DNA of 64,000 nucleotides from a virus (Duplodnaviria; Caudoviricetes): IMG/VR virus record IMGVR_UViG_2660238657_000001, positions 64,001 to 128,000 of that record; one strand, 5' to 3'. Shown piece by piece: positions 59,571 to 64,000 of this stretch (position 1 is its first letter; each line of letters starts with the position of its first letter). The notes under the pieces were generated by a model. It saw only the letters and a program-made list of their open reading frames with translations, ran no database searches and was not told where the DNA came from. The position numbers and the translations under genes were made by a program.

Positions 59571-60671
59571 ATGCAAATGATAGAAATATCAAAATTACAA
59601 CCACATCCAAGAAATCAAGAGTTCTTCGATGATATTCCCAAAGAAAGATGGGACGATTTTATAAAATCCATAGTAAGAAGAGGAGTAGTTGAAGCAATAG
59701 TAGTAACTCAAGACTTATTAATAGTAAGTGGGCACCAAAGAGTTAGAGCTTGTAAGGAGATTGGTATATTAGAAATACCATGTAGGATTACTCATTATCC
59801 AGAGGAAGATGAGAAATTACATATTCCAAAAGAAGATATGATATTAGAAGATTTGATATGTACGAACATCATGCAAAGAGGTGTAGGTAATGTAAATCCT
59901 ATGAAAATGGCTAGATGTATAAGAGAATTAGAAAGGATTTATGGGATTAAAAATGGTGGCAATAATTTTAGAGGAAATCAATATATTAGAGCGGATAGAT
60001 CGAATGCTGACACTTATAAAAAAACACAAGCAGATTTAGCCAAGCAAATAGGGATAGACCAAAGACAATTACAAAATTACAAAAAACTCAATGAACTTAT
60101 CCCTGAATTACAATCATTAGTTGAAACAGGTATGTTGAAATCTACCACGGCATATAAAATATGGGCTAAGTTACCACAGGATGAACAAGAAAAGTTTTTT
60201 AATGATATTGGTCAAGAAAAGATTAAACAGCTCACACAAAAGAAAACAGAACAAATTATAAGTGAGAAAAAGCAAATAGACGAGAAAAAATTAAGTGAAA
60301 GTAAAATTTATAACACTTTAAAGAATCAAAATAAAATTCAACAAAGGAAACCGATTTCTAATCAAGTTTTAAAATCATTAGCTATAAGAAGTAAAGGTTT
60401 TTGTGAAATATGTGGATGGGGTGGACAAGGATTAGAAAACATATTAGTTAATCATCATATACAGAAATATAGTGATACAAAAGATAATTCATTAAACAAC
60501 TTAATTATGATATGTCCTAATTGTCATGGAATGATACATACGTTAGAAAATTGTAATGATAATAATATTAAAAACAATATTCTGTATCACTTGAATGTTG
60601 AGGTGAGTGAAAAAATCCAATTTTATACTAAAGAATTAACAAATAAAAAAATGTGTCAATCAATATATTAA
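59571..60671 (+). CDS. ParB/Srx N-terminal domain, HTH and C-terminal HNH domain
   Basis: LQPHPRN, IVSGHQRVRA, TQADLAKQIG, CEICG...HHI...NL.MICPNCH..IH. Confidence 0.85.
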   Translation: MQMIEISKLQPHPRNQEFFDDIPKERWDDFIKSIVRRGVVEAIVVTQDLLIVSGHQRVRACKEIGILEIPCRITHYPEEDEKLHIPKEDMILEDLICTNIMQRGVGNVNPMKMARCIRELERIYGIKNGGNNFRGNQYIRADRSNADTYKKTQADLAKQIGIDQRQLQNYKKLNELIPELQSLVETGMLKSTTAYKIWAKLPQDEQEKFFNDIGQEKIKQLTQKKTEQIISEKKQIDEKKLSESKIYNTLKNQNKIQQRKPISNQVLKSLAIRSKGFCEICGWGGQGLENILVNHHIQKYSDTKDNSLNNLIMICPNCHGMIHTLENCNDNNIKNNILYHLNVEVSEKIQFYTKELTNKKMCQSIY

Positions 60672-60750
60672 AATATAACATTAGAATTTAGCGATATTGT
60701 ATAAAAAATTGATTTAAATAATAAAAAATAGATAAAGAAGGGATGATTCA

Positions 60751-61701
60751 ATGAAAATTAATAAAAACAATACATCATTAGAAATGGAAGAAATGGTAGC
60801 AACTCAATTACATAGTTGGGAGTTAGTATTACGTAGAAAGAACTTGGTGCAATCTACAATAGATAGAAAGATTAAAAATATTACAGATTTTTATATACAT
60901 CTAATGCAATTAAGAAAAAATCATAATAAAATAACAAAAGATACCGTTAGCCAAATTGCATTTGAATATGTCAGAGATGGGTATTTTTCAGAAGATAATA
61001 TAGATAATACAGGATCTTATGGGTATAGGAGAAACATATTTTATAATATAAAAGAGGGATTTAATTACATATATGAAGGTGTGTTTAATAAAAAAGAAGT
61101 TATCAAAGAATTAAATGAAAAGCAAAAAGAACACTTAGATGAAATTAGCCAGAACAAATTTTTTAGAGTAACAGGTATTAAAGATGATAAAGAAACATTA
61201 CAAACTAAACTGATAGAAGAATTAGGAATTAAAGTTTATTTTGATAAAGATAATTTACCATATGTTTATAGTCATGAACTAGCTGAAAATTTAAACATTC
61301 AAAACAAGCACATTAGAGAAAAACTGCATAAATTACTAGACGAAAAGGACGGTCGAAACTTCGACACTCCTTTAAAATATAGCAATTTCAACGCATTGGA
61401 AGATGTATACATAAATTCTCAAAATAAAAAACAACCAACTTTTAGATTATATAAGGATATGTTATATTTATATCTTATGGATACAACAGGACAAGGAACA
61501 AAAAGATTAGATATATTAAAATTTAAAATGAAATATATAGATGCGTTTAATTATATAGAACATGAATACAATAGACTATTAAAAGAATATGCAAATTTAA
61601 AAGATTCATTTTTGACTATGTTTAATGATATAAGAAAAAGAAACAGAGATTTGTTAATTACAGAACATAATAAAAAAGCTATGAAAAGAAAAGCAAGTTA
61701 A
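60751..61701 (+). CDS. Protein with C-terminal Rha-like domain
   Basis: YVYSHELAE...KHI, YINSQNKKQP, FKMKYIDAFN. Confidence 0.7.
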   Translation: MKINKNNTSLEMEEMVATQLHSWELVLRRKNLVQSTIDRKIKNITDFYIHLMQLRKNHNKITKDTVSQIAFEYVRDGYFSEDNIDNTGSYGYRRNIFYNIKEGFNYIYEGVFNKKEVIKELNEKQKEHLDEISQNKFFRVTGIKDDKETLQTKLIEELGIKVYFDKDNLPYVYSHELAENLNIQNKHIREKLHKLLDEKDGRNFDTPLKYSNFNALEDVYINSQNKKQPTFRLYKDMLYLYLMDTTGQGTKRLDILKFKMKYIDAFNYIEHEYNRLLKEYANLKDSFLTMFNDIRKRNRDLLITEHNKKAMKRKAS

Positions 61702-61824
61702 AATAAACAATTATACATATATATTTTCAAACATAAGATAAACATATTAAAACACAAAAGATAAAATTTTAATAATGCAATAATAAAATTAAATTAAAAT
61801 ATAAAATTAAAAGGAGAGATAGTT

Positions 61825-62166
61825 ATGAAATATACAGGAAAATTAGATTTTAATATGAATGGGGAATATGCAATTTACACAGGAGATAAATATATACCAA
61901 TCAGTTCTATGCTGAATAGTATGTTAGGAGATGAAGTAAAAGTAAGAATCTTAAATAAGAATGATAAGGAATTATTCAAGGATCAAGGAATAATATTAAG
62001 AGAGAAGTTAATTACAAATGGTAGCAATCAATCTAATTTATACACATATAGAGTTAATGGACAAGATTTAGATAGTGTGTTATGGGACAATGTAGGTAAG
62101 AAGATAACTTTTATATTACATAACGGTAATAAAAATAAAGCTACAGAAGAGGAGGACATAAGATAA
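61825..62166 (+). CDS. Hypothetical protein
   Basis: AAGGAG RBS. Confidence 0.65.
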   Translation: MKYTGKLDFNMNGEYAIYTGDKYIPISSMLNSMLGDEVKVRILNKNDKELFKDQGIILREKLITNGSNQSNLYTYRVNGQDLDSVLWDNVGKKITFILHNGNKNKATEEEDIR

Positions 62167-62507
62167 TGAATAATACATATAAAATTTTAAAAAATGAAAT
62201 ATTAAAGAATACTAAATACATAGAAATTAAGCATATGAGTTCATATGAGAGGTTTAATGTTGTAGAGGGTACATATAAGAGCAAAGAGTTTAAAGTGTCT
62301 TATAGCAAAGAATACGGACAATATACATATGATATAAAATTTGGTACAGATAATGAGATAGCTGAATTGATGTACGTACTATTAGTAATGGGAATATTGG
62401 ATTCAGAAGCAGTAGATGAGTGGGCTGAAATGACTATTTTAAAAAATGAGTTAAATTTAAGAAAATCAAAGAATTTTAAAACGGCTGTAAGTCGCATTCT
62501 ATCGTGA
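62166..62507 (+). CDS. Hypothetical protein
   Basis: TAATG overlap with upstream gene. Confidence 0.65.
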   Translation: MNNTYKILKNEILKNTKYIEIKHMSSYERFNVVEGTYKSKEFKVSYSKEYGQYTYDIKFGTDNEIAELMYVLLVMGILDSEAVDEWAEMTILKNELNLRKSKNFKTAVSRILS

Positions 62508-62689
62508 GTAAAATGGTCATAAAATGAAATCTAATAGGTTTTCTTAATATCTTATCATTTGATGAATAGAAATTAATAGAAGATGAAATTTTGACGGTAG
62601 TATTGTTGGAGAGTTAAGACGAGAATAAAAATTAAATATATAAGAAATGAAATTAAATAATAGAATTAAAATAGGTAGGGAGGGATTAA

Positions 62690-63676
62690 ATGCCACAAAA
62701 AAGAATGTCTACAACGGATTTTAAAGTAAAGGTATTTAATAAACATAAAAACAAAGTTGAAATTATAAGTGATTATAAAGGAGGAATAAAACCGATAAAA
62801 TTTATATATCATTGCAGTGTACATGGTGATACATATAAAACAATCAATGCTAAAAATATCTTAGCTAAAAGCTTCCAACCATGTGATGAATGTAGAAAAG
62901 AATTGCAAAGTATTAAAGCGAAACAATCTTTATCTAAGGACGATAGTTATTTTTATGAGAGATTAAAGACGTATGTTGAATCTAAAGGAGGTAAATTAAT
63001 TAGTAAAAAATGGACTTATGCCAAAGATACCTACACCATACAATGTAATGAGGGGCATATATTTAAATCAACAGCAGATAGTTTAGTTAACAAGCCACAA
63101 TGGTGTCCTTATTGTAGTGGTAGAAGGGGCGATTTTGAAAATGAAATTAATAGTATAATCAAGCAGAAGAATGGAACATTATTAAGTCATTATAAGAGTG
63201 CAAATACCTATGTTAAGGTAAAATGTAATATACATAATTATGTATGGAATGTAATGCCTTTAAATATTAAAAAGGGAAAATGGTGTCCTATATGTAATTT
63301 ACCATATTCAGAAAAGGTTGTTTACGATTATTTAATTAAGAATAAATATAATATGGAAGTACAATATACTTTTGATAATTTAATAAGTAAAAAGAAAGAA
63401 AAATTAAAATTTGATTTTGCTATCTTAAATCAGGATAATAAGTTATTAGGGCTAATTGAAGTTGATGATGTGGAACATAGATATAATACCAAAGATCCTA
63501 AAAGGATAAAGGCTAGATTAAGAGATAAAAAGAAAGATGAATATTGTAAAAGCAACAATATACCCTTATTTAGAATGATATATAAAAATAATATAGAAAA
63601 GTTTAGAGAATACGATTGGTATTATATGTACATAGACAAACAGTTGAAAGATTACTTAATACAAATACATATGTAA
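62690..63676 (+). CDS. Free-standing putative homing endonuclease (zinc-ribbon repeats plus PD-(D/E)XK/DUF2726-like domain)
   Basis: C..GH...WCPYC repeats; SEK, LKFDFAI, IEVD..EH, RDKKKDEYC..NNIPLFR. Confidence 0.75.
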   Translation: MPQKRMSTTDFKVKVFNKHKNKVEIISDYKGGIKPIKFIYHCSVHGDTYKTINAKNILAKSFQPCDECRKELQSIKAKQSLSKDDSYFYERLKTYVESKGGKLISKKWTYAKDTYTIQCNEGHIFKSTADSLVNKPQWCPYCSGRRGDFENEINSIIKQKNGTLLSHYKSANTYVKVKCNIHNYVWNVMPLNIKKGKWCPICNLPYSEKVVYDYLIKNKYNMEVQYTFDNLISKKKEKLKFDFAILNQDNKLLGLIEVDDVEHRYNTKDPKRIKARLRDKKKDEYCKSNNIPLFRMIYKNNIEKFREYDWYYMYIDKQLKDYLIQIHM

Positions 63677-63714
63677 TAGGATAAAAGTTTTACAACTATA
63701 GGGAGGGGATTATT

Positions 63715-64000
63715 ATTAGTTTAAATAAGCAAATACATATATATAGTGTAGATACAAGTGCTTTTTATAATGAAAGTGAAATGAAGATACATAATAGGCT
63801 TAATAAATATTACTTATTTAGAAAAATATTAAATGAAAAATTAAATAGAATAAATCAAAAGGTGGATAAGTGCAAAGATGAATCTAATAAAACTCAATAT
63901 ATTACTCTACATAAGATTACAGAACACACATTCAAAAGTATAAATAAAAAAATAAAGATAATAAAAGATACTTTATATGAAGAGTTTAAAGCAACAAAAC
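63715..64000 (+). CDS. yonO: N-terminus of YonO-like single-subunit RNA polymerase (partial, ATT start)
   Basis: SLNKQIHIYSVDTSAFYNESEMKIHN recalls the SPbeta YonO N-terminus; GGGAGGGG RBS; frame open to window end. Confidence 0.7.
   Translation, partial: MSLNKQIHIYSVDTSAFYNESEMKIHNRLNKYYLFRKILNEKLNRINQKVDKCKDESNKTQYITLHKITEHTFKSINKKIKIIKDTLYEEFKATK

Noticed and set aside
2487..62497. Other short opposite-strand ORFs in the track (e.g. 2487, 6168, 7935, 10380, 12140, 22152, 52113, 55949, 62300)
   Set aside because: They overlap well-supported genes on the other strand, lack an RBS, and have antisense-type composition
1..64000. Botulinum neurotoxin, C3 or alpha-toxin genes expected from c-st-like phages
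   Set aside because: No such ORF in this window; host and toxin status cannot be determined from it

Overview
AT-rich segment of a large Clostridium temperate phage/plasmid-prophage closely related to the C. botulinum group III phage c-st (near-identical TubZ), with SPbeta-like gene content. No toxin, structural, tRNA/rRNA or CRISPR genes are visible. From 1 to about 47.5 kb almost everything is on the minus strand: three orphan DNA methyltransferases (one a BREX PglX), an ATP-dependent DNA ligase, a MazF-like / DGQHR / dead-integrase block resembling SPbeta yopQ-yopR, a plasmid-type Rep flanked by iterons and DnaA boxes, several antirepressors, an operon of six tandem wHTH paralogs, an Apyc1-like MBL hydrolase, two IS200/IS605 elements and a 46-bp mini-element (each splitting a gene that can be rebuilt in frame). 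At 44.2-47.5 kb lies an array, mostly missed by the ORF track, of two-peptide cassettes with fold-back mRNA pairing and convergent antisense promoters. After a 1.2-kb non-coding gap come an FtsK/Replic_Relax/SpoIIIAC-like module, the tubS-tubR-tubZ-tubY partition locus with an 11-bp phased centromere, and plus-strand genes ending in the start of a YonO-like single-subunit RNA polymerase. Best candidates for undescribed systems: the two-peptide cassette array and the six-wHTH operon. All family assignments are from motif recognition by eye, not database searches.
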